A stretch of DNA of 64,000 nucleotides from assembly GCA_965226555.1 (NCBI GenBank), contig CBDDDG010000001.1, forward strand, positions 64,001 through 128,000, in the 5' to 3' direction. Below are positions 18,302 through 28,495 of the stretch, one piece after another (within the stretch, counting starts at the first letter, position 1; every line of letters begins with the position of its first letter). The notes beneath the pieces are model-generated. The model had not been told where the DNA came from. It was given only the letters and a program-made list of their open reading frames with translations, and did not search any database. A program made the translations under genes and the position numbers. This DNA comes from Salinispira sp. GTDB taxonomy: Bacteria > Spirochaetota > Spirochaetia > DSM-27196 > Salinispiraceae.

Positions 18302-20592
18302 AGCAGGGCATGAAGATGCGCGGTGAAGGGTTCATCAGGATCATACGATTTTCTCCCATTGTTCTCCTGTTGATTTTGATTTTTGCGCAACATTACATTA
18401 CTGCTTCTCCTGAGGGTTTTCTCCTTACGAATCAGACTCACGATGGCATTGTTACTGCCATTGCAATAGATGCTCAGGGGCAGACAGGATTTTCCGGCGA
18501 TAGTCGGGGGGTGATCCGTGTGTGGGACTCCAATACACGGACAATCATTCAGCTTCTCCGCATTGGTACGGATCCCATTGTCAAACTTGCGGCGCATCCT
18601 GAAAAAACCGAAATTGCGGTAGTTGTGGAACAGGATGCCGGTTCATACCGCCTGTCGATATGGGATTGGAAAAGCAGAAGTATTCGATCCACCCACAATA
18701 TAGATAATTTTCCTTCATTTATGACCTACAGTCCGCAGGGGAATTTTCTTGCCCTTTCCTTTCCGCAGCGGCCTTCGCTGTACTTTTATGATACCGAACA
18801 ATCTCTGAAAATACCCTGGCTTGAAGAGGGCTTCGGCATTGTTACCTCATTTGTTATATCCAATAGCGAAATCCGATTAATGGCCTACAATGCCGCTGAG
18901 GGAAGCATCAAGTATGTTGAGCTTGAGACCGCTGTCCTCGCGCATGAGGTTCAGACAGAAAGAGGATTTAATCATCTTACTCTGCTCAAAAATCGACGCT
19001 ATGCGCTCGGATATAAAAACCGGGAACTATATCTTATTGATCTATTAAACGGCGCCATCCTCGCACGCAGGGCGAGCGGTGAAATTGGGGCTATTCTCCC
19101 CTTCAATAGTGATAAAAACCAATTCTATGTCGTTGAACAGAGAGATCGGGAGCATCAGCTCAGAATAGTCAACGTGAACATCGACAATGTTTTTTCCATA
19201 ACAATACAAACGAGAACTGCTGTTACTATCAGGGGAATAGATATCTCCTACGCGGCGAGCGGAGGAAGAATTTTTCTTACCCGTAACAGGCATGAAACAG
19301 CGCTGCTTGAAAACAACAAAAATCATATTCTCAGCGTGGTTGAAACTCAGAAGATTCAGAATATTCTCATTCAGGATGAATGGCTGTACCTGCAGACCGC
19401 TGCGGGAATGAGCCGAATTCTGCTTGCGCTGCTGCAGGATCCTGTTCAGCAGAATATATACATTGCGCCGGAGGAGGGCGAAGTTGTAGAGGAGATGAAA
19501 CTGCCGTTTTCAAACCCCGCAGGCATTACCGGACTCGGTAACGGAAAATTTATTACCTGGCCGCGCAACGAAATTGGGCATATCTATATATATGATGATG
19601 TGCAGGCAGAGTTCAGGCAAATTCCCATTCCCCTACGCGCCCCAATAAAGCATGCGCATTCCGGCAACAGATATATCAGTATCCTCGATTATTCTGACGG
19701 CCTGTATCTTTTGGATAGGCTCACATATGAGCAGGTATTGATCTATGAAAACCTGGGAATGAACGATGTCATTGAACTCTCGGATGGACATATTGTTATT
19801 GGAAAAAATAAGACAAATTTTCTTAATACCAGCCTCATTGAGGTTGATACGGTCACTGCCGAAACGAGCATCCGTCACGGCGATGATGATGTTGTTCTTG
19901 CTCTGGAACCATACCCGCGGGGCTTTTTTACACTTGGGATCGAAAATTTGCAGGAATCTTTTACAACAATTCGGCAATTCAGTGAGAACAATGCAGGGGA
20001 AGGGGAACCGCTGGAACCTCCGGAACCGCCGCGTCTGATCATGCGCTTTGCGGCCGACAGCGAGGGGAACGATTTCCATTTTATTCCAGAAACCGAAACT
20101 CTGGTAGTCAGTAATGGGCTTTCAGGATTACGAATGTATCGGAACAGGAGCCTAGAAACCCTGAAAGCCGATAATGATTTTCCCCTGAAAATATACGGAA
20201 ACAAACAGTTCATCATTACCGTAAATATCGATGGAAGTACTGCGGTATGGGATCTCAGTACAAAACAATTAAAATACCGGCACATTATCCTATCGGATAA
20301 TACTATTGTGCAATTATTTTCCAATTATTCGTACATTTCTCTGAATGCCGATTCTCCCAGCGATGATGGTACTGGGAGCGGTGGGAATGCTGTGAGCGGC
20401 GTGAGTGCCGGGAGTGGGAATGGAAATTCTCGGGAGATCAATTTTTCCCGCATTCTCAGTATACCGACCGGAGCGGATACCGGACGCTCGGGCGAGCAGG
20501 AGGCGGAGTCTCCGCCCAGCCCCGGGGGCGCGGGCGATCCTGTGTTTAACGTTCCAGTGCAACAAACTCTGCGTAGGGCGGGAGAAAATTGA
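18298..20592 (+). CDS. Exported WD40/beta-propeller protein
   Basis: Signal-like N-terminus; H...VTAIA...SGDSRGVIRVWD and DGSTAVWD motifs. Confidence 0.75.
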   Translation: MKQGMKMRGEGFIRIIRFSPIVLLLILIFAQHYITASPEGFLLTNQTHDGIVTAIAIDAQGQTGFSGDSRGVIRVWDSNTRTIIQLLRIGTDPIVKLAAHPEKTEIAVVVEQDAGSYRLSIWDWKSRSIRSTHNIDNFPSFMTYSPQGNFLALSFPQRPSLYFYDTEQSLKIPWLEEGFGIVTSFVISNSEIRLMAYNAAEGSIKYVELETAVLAHEVQTERGFNHLTLLKNRRYALGYKNRELYLIDLLNGAILARRASGEIGAILPFNSDKNQFYVVEQRDREHQLRIVNVNIDNVFSITIQTRTAVTIRGIDISYAASGGRIFLTRNRHETALLENNKNHILSVVETQKIQNILIQDEWLYLQTAAGMSRILLALLQDPVQQNIYIAPEEGEVVEEMKLPFSNPAGITGLGNGKFITWPRNEIGHIYIYDDVQAEFRQIPIPLRAPIKHAHSGNRYISILDYSDGLYLLDRLTYEQVLIYENLGMNDVIELSDGHIVIGKNKTNFLNTSLIEVDTVTAETSIRHGDDDVVLALEPYPRGFFTLGIENLQESFTTIRQFSENNAGEGEPLEPPEPPRLIMRFAADSEGNDFHFIPETETLVVSNGLSGLRMYRNRSLETLKADNDFPLKIYGNKQFIITVNIDGSTAVWDLSTKQLKYRHIILSDNTIVQLFSNYSYISLNADSPSDDGTGSGGNAVSGVSAGSGNGNSREINFSRILSIPTGADTGRSGEQEAESPPSPGGAGDPVFNVPVQQTLRRAGEN

Positions 20593-21871
20593 TATCGATC
20601 TTTCCGACCGGACCATTCCGGTTTTTCGCAACAATGAGTTGGGTTTCAACTGCGCTGACTTCATTATCTTGGCTTCTGTCGCGGTGGAGGAAGATAACCA
20701 CATCGGCATCCTGTTCAATGGCGCCCGATTCCCTGATACTTGCCAGATGAGGTTCCTTACCCTCTGTATCCCGGCTTACCTGACTGAGCGCAACTATCGG
20801 AATGTTGAGTTCGCGCGCGAGGGCTTTCAGATTTCTGCTCACTTCTGCGACCTGAAGATGACGGTCGCGTCCGTCATTTTCAGGAGTAATAATGGAAAGA
20901 TAATCAATAAAAATTATTTCCACATTGTGGAGCGCCTTCATGCGCCGCGATTGCGCCTTGAGATCCAGAAGACGCATGTTGGGAGTATCGGAGATAAAAA
21001 GAGGAGCCTCATATATCCTGCCGGCAACATCCATGAGGGCATGAAAGTCCGATTGCCGTATTTTTCCCTTGCGCAGCAGGTTGCTGGGGATGTGCGTTTC
21101 GAGGGAGATGAGTCGGAGCATGAGCTGCATGTCGGCCATCTCAAGGCTGAAAAATCCTGCAGTTTGCTTGTCTTTTCGCAGACAGATGTTACGGATCATG
21201 GAAAGCGCGAGGGCAGTTTTTCCAATTGATGGGCGGGCTCCAATGATAATGAACTCCGATTTTTGAAATCCGTCAGTCATGTTGTCGAGTTCAGTAAAGC
21301 CGCTTGCTACCCCGGTATGCTGCCACGGATTATTGTAATGATCTTCAATTGTTGCAATAGCCCGGGAAATAGTCTCCCTGACCTGTCGGAAATTTCCCGC
21401 AAATTGCGTATTTGTAACATCAAAAATCTTCTGTTCGGACCTGTCGAGAATCTGCTCAATGTTACCCGATGTGTCATAGGCATCATCACTAATATCTACC
21501 GCCAAGCGCAGGAGAGTTCTTCTCATGCTATTTTCCCAGACAATACCGACATAATACTGAACATTACTGCTGGTCGGTACTGTTGAGGTAAGCGTGGAAA
21601 TATACGAGGCGCCTCCAATCTCATTGAGAAGATTTTGAGATTGAAGTTCGTCCGTCAGGGTAATAATGTCAACAGCTTCACCCTTACTGAAAAGATTCAG
21701 TATGGCGGTATATATTTTCTGATGCGCCTGACGGTAGAAGTCCTCGGATCGTAAACGGACATGTACTTCGTCCATTACGGTATCCTTCGGATTCAGTAAA
21801 ATTGCTCCGAGACATGCCTGTTCCGCTTCAATGTTATGGGGAGGCACCCGCCCGGGTGAGGAACTGGGCAC
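20546..21871 (-). CDS. dnaB: Replicative DNA helicase
   Basis: PPHNIEAEQ, GARPSIGKT, IRESGAIEQDAD, KNRNGP. Confidence 0.99.
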   Translation of the reverse strand: MPSSSPGRVPPHNIEAEQACLGAILLNPKDTVMDEVHVRLRSEDFYRQAHQKIYTAILNLFSKGEAVDIITLTDELQSQNLLNEIGGASYISTLTSTVPTSSNVQYYVGIVWENSMRRTLLRLAVDISDDAYDTSGNIEQILDRSEQKIFDVTNTQFAGNFRQVRETISRAIATIEDHYNNPWQHTGVASGFTELDNMTDGFQKSEFIIIGARPSIGKTALALSMIRNICLRKDKQTAGFFSLEMADMQLMLRLISLETHIPSNLLRKGKIRQSDFHALMDVAGRIYEAPLFISDTPNMRLLDLKAQSRRMKALHNVEIIFIDYLSIITPENDGRDRHLQVAEVSRNLKALARELNIPIVALSQVSRDTEGKEPHLASIRESGAIEQDADVVIFLHRDRSQDNEVSAVETQLIVAKNRNGPVGKIDINFLPPYAEFVALER

Positions 21872-21877
21872 GTTGTG

Positions 21878-22330
21878 TTATTCTCCTTCCTTCAGGACGC
21901 TCACTGCGAGAATAGCTTCTTCATCATTATACAGATGAATGGTGATATTATAGTTTCCAAGATATTTCAGCGTATGCCCCGGAATATCAATTTTTTTCCG
22001 TTCAACAGTAATGTCTCTGGCTTCGAGGGCATCAATAATCATGTGCGCAGTTACGGCTCCGAAGAGTTTACCCTTATCTCCCGCGGGCATACGAAATTCA
22101 AGGGGAGTATCGGCAATACGCTCTTTTACCGAAAGTGCCTGTCGGCGCTTTTCTTCCTTATTCTTTGCGATGAGATTTTTTCTGCTTTCGAAAAAAGACA
22201 GATTTGCCTTATTGTACATGGAGACCAGTTTCTTCGGCAGGAGATAGTTACGCGCATAGCCTGCGGATACTTCAAGAATATCCCCCTCCTCACCAAGCTC
22301 TGCAATATCAGTGTTCAGGATCACTTTCAT
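21878..22330 (-). CDS. rplI: 50S ribosomal protein L9
   Basis: MKVIL...GYARNYLLPK, GKLFGAVT. Confidence 0.98.
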   Translation of the reverse strand: MKVILNTDIAELGEEGDILEVSAGYARNYLLPKKLVSMYNKANLSFFESRKNLIAKNKEEKRRQALSVKERIADTPLEFRMPAGDKGKLFGAVTAHMIIDALEARDITVERKKIDIPGHTLKYLGNYNITIHLYNDEEAILAVSVLKEGE

Positions 22331-23217
22331 ATTTTTTCCTCGTGTGTATTTTTATTCAATTGTGGAATCCAGATTGATGCAATACCTAAAATAACTAGCC
22401 CTAGGATAAAGATTGCATTTACTCCGGGCACCAAAATAGCCAATATCAGCAATGCTGGTATAAAGGGTTTTTTCCCCAATAAACCGGCCAGAATACCAAA
22501 ACCTTTAAGGAAGTATAGCAGGGCAGCAAAAAGAAAACAATTCCACCCAATGTAGGAAAGGGGAATAATGGTAAGAATTTCTCCTGCCATGAGTACTATT
22601 GCAGATACAATAAATACCCATATGAACCATTCTGGAAAGTTGAGGCGAATCCGCAGTAATGATGATACACCGCTGCCCAATGCTCGTCCAAGTCCGTATC
22701 CGAGAATGAGAGACAGGGTTGAGCTGAGTACGATTGCGCGCAGGGCCAGATCGAATATGAAGTTGATCTGCTGTTCAAGACCCTGACGCGGTACGATTGC
22801 TGCAAAAAGTTCTTCAATTTCTGGACTTCCTTCCAGCGCGGAGATGATGCCTGTGATCAGCGTATCCCGTCCAGTAATGCCTAATACCAGTATCGTGCCA
22901 AGGGTACAGAAAAGAGATGCAATGATAAGCCTCTTCCACCCTTCGTTGAACTGAAGCATATTAAGCGCAGCAAGTCCCGCAAGCAGCCCGAGGGGAATGA
23001 GTATCTCCTGTCCAATACCCCGAAAAACGGAAAGAAGCAGGCCAGTGCACAGGGAAATGACAGAACTCAGCAGAAATTCCTGTCGTCCATACTTCGACCA
23101 TGTGAATTGAAGAGGCGCAAGGTAGAAAATACTCAGTGAGTACATGAACAATCCGCTGAAAACTCCGGCAATTACGGTGGGAATACATATGCGGGGGGGT
23201 GGAATCTCAATTTTCAT
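22327..23217 (-). CDS. YybS/DUF2232-like membrane protein
   Basis: Multi-TM protein at the usual position between rpsR and rplI. Confidence 0.7.
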   Translation of the reverse strand: MKIEIPPPRICIPTVIAGVFSGLFMYSLSIFYLAPLQFTWSKYGRQEFLLSSVISLCTGLLLSVFRGIGQEILIPLGLLAGLAALNMLQFNEGWKRLIIASLFCTLGTILVLGITGRDTLITGIISALEGSPEIEELFAAIVPRQGLEQQINFIFDLALRAIVLSSTLSLILGYGLGRALGSGVSSLLRIRLNFPEWFIWVFIVSAIVLMAGEILTIIPLSYIGWNCFLFAALLYFLKGFGILAGLLGKKPFIPALLILAILVPGVNAIFILGLVILGIASIWIPQLNKNTHEEKI

Positions 23218-23221
23218 AATC

Positions 23222-25072
23222 TCAGCCCATTGGCAGGAGGCCAAGGTAACGTGCCCGCTTTATTTCTCTTACCAGAAGGCGCTGATTCTTTGCTGAGGTT
23301 CCGGTATTTCTCCGGGCAAGGATGCGTCCCTTTTCGGTAACGAATCGGCGGAGTATATCCGGCTGTTTATAGTTGATAGTAAGGTTCTGTGTTTTGATCC
23401 TATCGACTTTTTTCTTGAAAAAAAGCTTTCCGGTTCTGCGCTTCATTGGTCGGCGCATGTCACGGTCGTTGTTTTCGACGCTGGTAGTGTCTCTGTTGGC
23501 CGGGGATTTGCCTTTGTCGGGCGGAGTAGTGTCAGCCTTTTCCTGCTTGGGTGCTTCCTGCTTGGGCGCTTCCTGTTTAGGTGCTTCCTGTTTAGGTGCT
23601 TCCTGCTTGGGCGCTTCCTGCTTGGGCGCTTCCTGCTTTGGCGCTTCTTGCTGAGGCGTTTCCTGCTTGGGCGCTTCCTGCTTGGGTGCTTCCTGCTTGG
23701 GCGCTTCTTGCTTGGGCGCTTCCTGCTGAGGCGCTTCTTGCTTGGGTGCTTCCTGCTTCGGTGTTTCTTGCTTTGGCGTTTCCTGCTTGGGTGCTTCCTG
23801 CTTGGGCGCTTCCTGCTTGGGCGCTTCTTGCTGAGGCGTTTCCTGCTTGGGCGCTTCCCGCTTCTTAGGTACTACCTTCTTCTTTGGTGTTTCTTGCTTG
23901 GGCGTTTCCTGCTGAGGCGTTTCTTGCTTTGGCGCTTCTTGCTTGGGCGCTTCCCGCTTGGGTGTTTCTTGCTTGGGCGCTTCCCGCTTTGGCGTTTCCT
24001 GCTTCGGTGTTTCTGGCTTTGGCGCTTCTTGCTTCGGTGTTTCTGGCTTTGGCGCTTCTTGCTTCGGTGCTTCCTGTTTAGGTGCTTCCTGCTTGGGTGT
24101 TTCTTGCTTGGGCGCTTCCTGTTTAGGTGCTTCCTGCTTGGGCGTTTCTGGCTTAGGCGCTTCCCGCTTCTTAGGTACTACCTTCTTCTTTGGTGTTTCT
24201 GGCTTTGGCGTTTCCTGCTTGGGCGCTTCTTGCTTGGGCGCTTCCTGTTTAGGTGCTTCCTGCTTGGGCGCTTCCTGTTTGGGTGCTTCCTGCTTGGGCG
24301 GAGTGCTGTCTTTGTCGGGCGGAGTAGTGTCAGCCTTTTCCTGCTTGGGTGCTTCCTGCTGAGGCGCTTCTTGCTTTGGTGTTTCTTGCTTGGGTGCTTC
24401 CTGCTGAGGCGCTTCCTGTTTAGGTACTACCTTCTTCTTTGGTGCTTCTTGCTTGGGCGTTTCCTGCTTGGGTGCTTCTTGCTGAGGCGTTTCCTGCTTG
24501 GGTACTACCTTCTTCTTTGGTGTTTCTTGCTTGGGCGCTTCCCGCTTGGGCGCTTCCCGCTTGGGTGTTTCTGGCTTAGGCGCTTCCTGTTTAGGTGCTT
24601 CCTGCTGAGGCGCCTCCTGTTTAGGTGCTTCCTGCTTGGGCGCTTCTTGCTTGGGCGCTTCCTGTTTAGGTGCTTCCTGCTTGGGCGCTTCCTGCTTTGG
24701 CGCTTCTTGCTGAGGCGCTTCCTGCTTGGGCGCTTCCCGCTTCTTAGGTACTACCTTCTTCTTTGGTGCTTCCTGCTTGGGCGCTTCCTGCTTGGGTGCT
24801 TCCCGCTTGGGCGTTTCCTGCTGAGGCGTTTCCTGCTTTGGCGCTTCCTGCTTGGGCGTTTCCTGCTTGGGCGCTTCTTGCTTGGGCGCTTCCTGTTTAG
24901 GTGCTTCCTGCTTGGGCGCTTCCTGCTTTGGCGCTTCTTGCTGAGGCGCTTCCTGCTTGGGCGTTTCCTGCTTGGGCGTTTCCCGCTTGGGCGTTTCCTG
25001 CTGAGGCGTTTCCTGCTTGGGTGTTTCTGGCTTTGGCGTTTCCTGCTTAGGTATGTCTGGTTTTTCGTTCAT
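23222..25072 (-). CDS. rpsR: 30S ribosomal protein S18 with a very long N-terminal PKQE(A/T) repeat extension
   Basis: C-terminal S18 domain ([44 protein letters not shown]); position between ssb and rplI; GGAGG 5 nt before ATG 25072. Confidence 0.92.
   Translation of the reverse strand: MNEKPDIPKQETPKPETPKQETPQQETPKRETPKQETPKQEAPQQEAPKQEAPKQEAPKQEAPKQEAPKQETPKQEAPKQETPQQETPKREAPKQEAPKQEAPKKKVVPKKREAPKQEAPQQEAPKQEAPKQEAPKQEAPKQEAPKQEAPKQEAPQQEAPKQEAPKPETPKREAPKREAPKQETPKKKVVPKQETPQQEAPKQETPKQEAPKKKVVPKQEAPQQEAPKQETPKQEAPQQEAPKQEKADTTPPDKDSTPPKQEAPKQEAPKQEAPKQEAPKQEAPKQETPKPETPKKKVVPKKREAPKPETPKQEAPKQEAPKQETPKQEAPKQEAPKQEAPKPETPKQEAPKPETPKQETPKREAPKQETPKREAPKQEAPKQETPQQETPKQETPKKKVVPKKREAPKQETPQQEAPKQEAPKQEAPKQETPKQETPKQEAPKQEAPQQEAPKQEAPKQEAPKQEAPKQETPQQEAPKQEAPKQEAPKQEAPKQEAPKQEAPKQEAPKQEKADTTPPDKGKSPANRDTTSVENNDRDMRRPMKRRTGKLFFKKKVDRIKTQNLTINYKQPDILRRFVTEKGRILARRNTGTSAKNQRLLVREIKRARYLGLLPMG
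23540..25050 (-). repeat. 15-bp coding tandem repeat (~1.5 kb)
   Basis: tcctgcttgggcgct variants in tandem, punctuated by recurrent KKKVVPK and KADTTPPDK blocks. Confidence 0.95.
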
Positions 25073-25083
25073 ATGATCCTCCA

Positions 25084-25548
25084 TTAAAAGGGAATATCGT
25101 CATCAAAACTGCTGTCAAATGATTCTGGTGATTCTGGCGCAGCAGTACTTCCATTGCCGGTATTGGCATTTGTTTGTTGATGTGCGCGTTGATCGTTTCG
25201 TTGATCGTTTCGAGAAGAACCGCCGATGAGTTGAATATCGTTTACAAAAATTTCAACCCTGCTGCGGTTCTGTGATGTCTGCTTATCCTGCCAGCGATTC
25301 TGCTGAAGCGTTCCCTGAAGTGCAACCTGCTTTCCTTTCAGCAGATAACGCTGAAGAGCGTCGGCTCTGCGCCCCAGCATAACGGCATCGAAGAAATGGC
25401 TTTCTTCAACCCATTGGTCGCCGTCTTTTCTGCTTTGCGTATTCGCAATGGAAAAACGGACAATTGCGGTTCCTGATGCGCTGTATTTTGCTTCCGAATC
25501 GCGGGTAAGGCGGCCGATAATTAATACGGAATTAATGTCTGTTACCAT
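25084..25548 (-). CDS. ssb: Single-stranded DNA-binding protein
   Basis: [14 protein letters not shown]-terminal DDDIPF. Confidence 0.98.
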   Translation of the reverse strand: MVTDINSVLIIGRLTRDSEAKYSASGTAIVRFSIANTQSRKDGDQWVEESHFFDAVMLGRRADALQRYLLKGKQVALQGTLQQNRWQDKQTSQNRSRVEIFVNDIQLIGGSSRNDQRNDQRAHQQTNANTGNGSTAAPESPESFDSSFDDDIPF

Positions 25549-25559
25549 AAGTTTCTCCT

Positions 25560-25841
25560 TTATTCGTTGCAGCGGATTACAAGAATGCGGATTAAATTCT
25601 CAATGAGAGCGACATTCTTTTCAATTTGATGAGCCTTGTCAGGCTCCATGGTAAATTTGAATACAAGATAGTGTGCATCAAGCTGATTTTTTATGGGATA
25701 GGACAGCATCCGAACACCCATGTCATGTTCCGAGATTGATTCTGCCCCCAGTTCTGTAATGTGGGAAAGAATCTCTTTTTTGCCGCTGGTGAACAGATCT
25801 TCTTCAGACCTGAATACACAGGCTGCTTCATAGGTTCGCAT
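25560..25841 (-). CDS. rpsF: 30S ribosomal protein S6
   Basis: MRTYE...GVRMLSYPIK; GGAGG RBS before ATG 25841. Confidence 0.96.
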   Translation of the reverse strand: MRTYEAACVFRSEEDLFTSGKKEILSHITELGAESISEHDMGVRMLSYPIKNQLDAHYLVFKFTMEPDKAHQIEKNVALIENLIRILVIRCNE

Positions 25842-26005
25842 GTTTCCTCCTTGCGGACCAATCGGCGAAGCTTCAGACCTCACCGAAATTGACTATCCTG
25901 TATCCATCCTCTTTTCAGGTCAGGAACAGCCAGAATAGTAAAGAGACAGGAATATCATCCTGCAATATATATCGTGTATTGAATGATTATTACACAATAA
26001 GAATC

Positions 26006-26034
26006 ATCCTACTACAGAAAAAATAGTGTGTCAA
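26006..26034 (-). promoter_or_regulatory. Probable sigma70 promoter of the rpsF operon
   Basis: TTGACA-N17-TAGGAT on the minus strand. Confidence 0.55.
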
Positions 26035-26053
26035 TTCATTGTCAAGTTATTTT

Positions 26054-26170
26054 TGGGAAATAAACACGGATGGAAACAGTGAACAGCAGTATCACATATT
26101 CTCAGTATCATCGCAAGTCTCGGAAGTATCAGGCTGCGGCTGCGATGTATGATTGGCGATTTAATATCAT
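26054..26170 (+). mobile_element. Internally deleted remnant of the IS at 1335-2586
   Basis: 26072-26158 nearly identical to the transposase 5' end; tgggaaataaac and ttaatatc resemble the two IS termini. Confidence 0.8.
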
Positions 26171-26223
26171 TAATTACAATTGCCTGATCTATTTTTTCTT
26201 TCACAATTATACCTTATCATCAC

Positions 26224-27414
26224 TCATTTCAGTGCATTGATAATTTCCACCACCTGCTTTACTTTCTGCCCAGACCCCTGCCTGCTTATAAGCAGGGCAT
26301 CTTCTGTTTCTACAACGATTAGGTCGTCTATGTCAATAAGCGCGATCTGTTTTTTCGGATGCTGTTGAGTAATGACCATGTTTCGCTGCGCATCAATGTG
26401 GATCGGCGTGGCGGTATGGGGTGTATTGGGCGGCTGCGGAGCCGAAGCCTGCGGAGCTGAAACAAACAGGTTATCCCCGGATGTCCGCGTAAGGGCATTT
26501 TCATTTCCGCTTTCGGGGCTGCGGTAGTACTCGTACAGGGAATCTAGGCTGCCGAGGTCGCTCCAGCCGAAACTGCAGGGCAGTACGGTAATGCGGTTAC
26601 TGTGCTCCATGACTGCGTAGTCGATGGAGACCGATGGAATTGCCTCCATGAGCTCAGTCTGCGGCTGCCAGAATTGACGCCCGGGCTGGCTGTTGGGCGA
26701 GGCGGCGGGCGGCGGAGCGAATGCAGTGCCGGCACTATCTGCCTGAACAGCGCGGGCGCAGGCATCATGAACTTCGGGGGCATGAAGGCTCAGTTCTTCC
26801 AGCAGAACGCCTGCTTTGAAGCAGAACATGCCGCTGTTCCAGTAATAGTTGCCGGCCCGCAGGTACTCGGCGGCAGTTGCCTCATTGGGTTTTTCACGGA
26901 ATGACCTGACCGCATAGGAGTTCTGCGGGGAGCTGACCGCGGTATCCGCTTCAATGTAGCCGTAGCCTGTTTCCGGGCGGGTCGGAGTAATTCCGAAGGT
27001 TACGATACGTCCGGCTCCTGCTATATCGATGGCGCAGGTAAGCGTTTCGCAGTAGGCTTTCACCCGAGTAATTATATGATCCGAGGGAAGCACAATGAAT
27101 ATATCGTGCGGATCGGCGAGCATGGCTGCAAGCGCAATGGCAGGAGCAGTGTTTCGGGCAATCGGCTCAATGATGGAGAAATACTCGTCAATGCCCAGCC
27201 TCTGCAGCTGCTCACATGCCAGAGTAGTCTGCTGACTGTTTGCGGCGATCATGAGCTGCGATGTTAGCATGCGGTTCCTTTCCACCGTGCGTTCGAAGAG
27301 CGTCTGCCCGGGCAGAATGGGGGCAAACTGCTTCGGCAGCTCAGGCCGGGAAAGCGGCCAGAGGCGGGTGCCCATGCCGCCGCAGAGTATGAGCGTGATA
27401 ACTTTACCGATCAT
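26224..27414 (-). CDS. manC: Mannose-1-phosphate guanylyltransferase
   Basis: ILCGGMGTRLWPLSR..PKQF, EPIARNTAPA, FREKP, SIDYAVME, WSDLGS. Confidence 0.95.
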   Translation of the reverse strand: MIGKVITLILCGGMGTRLWPLSRPELPKQFAPILPGQTLFERTVERNRMLTSQLMIAANSQQTTLACEQLQRLGIDEYFSIIEPIARNTAPAIALAAMLADPHDIFIVLPSDHIITRVKAYCETLTCAIDIAGAGRIVTFGITPTRPETGYGYIEADTAVSSPQNSYAVRSFREKPNEATAAEYLRAGNYYWNSGMFCFKAGVLLEELSLHAPEVHDACARAVQADSAGTAFAPPPAASPNSQPGRQFWQPQTELMEAIPSVSIDYAVMEHSNRITVLPCSFGWSDLGSLDSLYEYYRSPESGNENALTRTSGDNLFVSAPQASAPQPPNTPHTATPIHIDAQRNMVITQQHPKKQIALIDIDDLIVVETEDALLISRQGSGQKVKQVVEIINALK

Positions 27415-28409
27415 CCTTCAGAAACCGTATTTCCTTCAGGAATAAGGTCGGCAATTGTGCGGCGTATTCCCTCCGCCAAGCTCACCTCCGGCGTAAAATG
27501 CAGTTCTTTTCGCTTCTCTGAAGCAACCTGAGTGTTTGCGCAGAATTTTTTTATGCGGATGGCGCTGATGGCAAATTTCTTTGATGTAATGCCTGCGATA
27601 ACATCGCAGAGCATACCACCCATATATACCAGCCAGTACGGCATTCTCAGAAAACCGGAAGAGATGCCCATCTCCCTCCTCACCAGAGTAACAAATTCAT
27701 TCATATCCATATCCGGCTGATCGGCATAATTATATAGATGGATTCCCGCGGGCAACGCGAAATTGGAGGCGGGCTGCGCTGAATGAGCGCAGTGCTCCAG
27801 AAAGGAAGCAATGTTTTCAACATAACTCATAGATTTTCTGTTTCTGCCATTACCCACCATAATAAAAAAACCGGAAATTATTTGTCTGAGCAGATTATAC
27901 ACATTACCCCTGTTGCCTTCACCGAATACCACTGAGGGCCGTACGATAATGAGCCTGCGAGTCTGCGGTTTTTCTTTCTGCCAGTTACTGTATATCTGTT
28001 CGGCCTGCAGCTTTGTTCGTCCGTATTCATTGAATGGTTCCGGTGTATCGTTCTCACTGGTACAGCTCCCCGAGAGGCTGTACACAGCAACCGAAGATGT
28101 AAACACTATGGTCTGTATATCATGTCGGCGCGCTGCCTCACAGACATTGCGCGCGCCGTCAACATTTACCTCCGTATAAAGACTCACGGGGGTAACATTA
28201 TCTTTGTGCTCGGCCGCAAGATTAACAATAACCGAAGTTCCCGCAAGCGCAGACGAAAGTTCATCGGCACTTCTGACATCCGCAGAGATCACTTCATAGC
28301 CCCGAGCGGATTGTTGAATATCAATAATACGGAATTGTTTTTTATGTTCTGTTAAACGCTTTGCCAGACGGGAGCCAATGAATCCCGACCCGCCGATAAC
28401 TGCAATCAT
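27411..28409 (-). CDS. NAD-dependent epimerase (Gne/Gnu-like 4-epimerase)
   Basis: GGSGFIG, NLAAEHKD, YGRTK, VFGEGNRGNVYNLL. Confidence 0.85.
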   Translation of the reverse strand: MIAVIGGSGFIGSRLAKRLTEHKKQFRIIDIQQSARGYEVISADVRSADELSSALAGTSVIVNLAAEHKDNVTPVSLYTEVNVDGARNVCEAARRHDIQTIVFTSSVAVYSLSGSCTSENDTPEPFNEYGRTKLQAEQIYSNWQKEKPQTRRLIIVRPSVVFGEGNRGNVYNLLRQIISGFFIMVGNGRNRKSMSYVENIASFLEHCAHSAQPASNFALPAGIHLYNYADQPDMDMNEFVTLVRREMGISSGFLRMPYWLVYMGGMLCDVIAGITSKKFAISAIRIKKFCANTQVASEKRKELHFTPEVSLAEGIRRTIADLIPEGNTVSEG

Positions 28410-28495
28410 AACTGCCTCTGTATGTCTCTTCTCATATCCCTTTACTATAGCACACAACATATAAGTAGTCAGCCCAGGAGGCGCAGCCTCCGCCA

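Noticed and set aside
23648..25087. 479-aa plus-strand ORF (RFLLG repeats) and other ORFs over the S18 repeat
   Set aside because: Antisense shadows of a stop-free 15-bp repeat.
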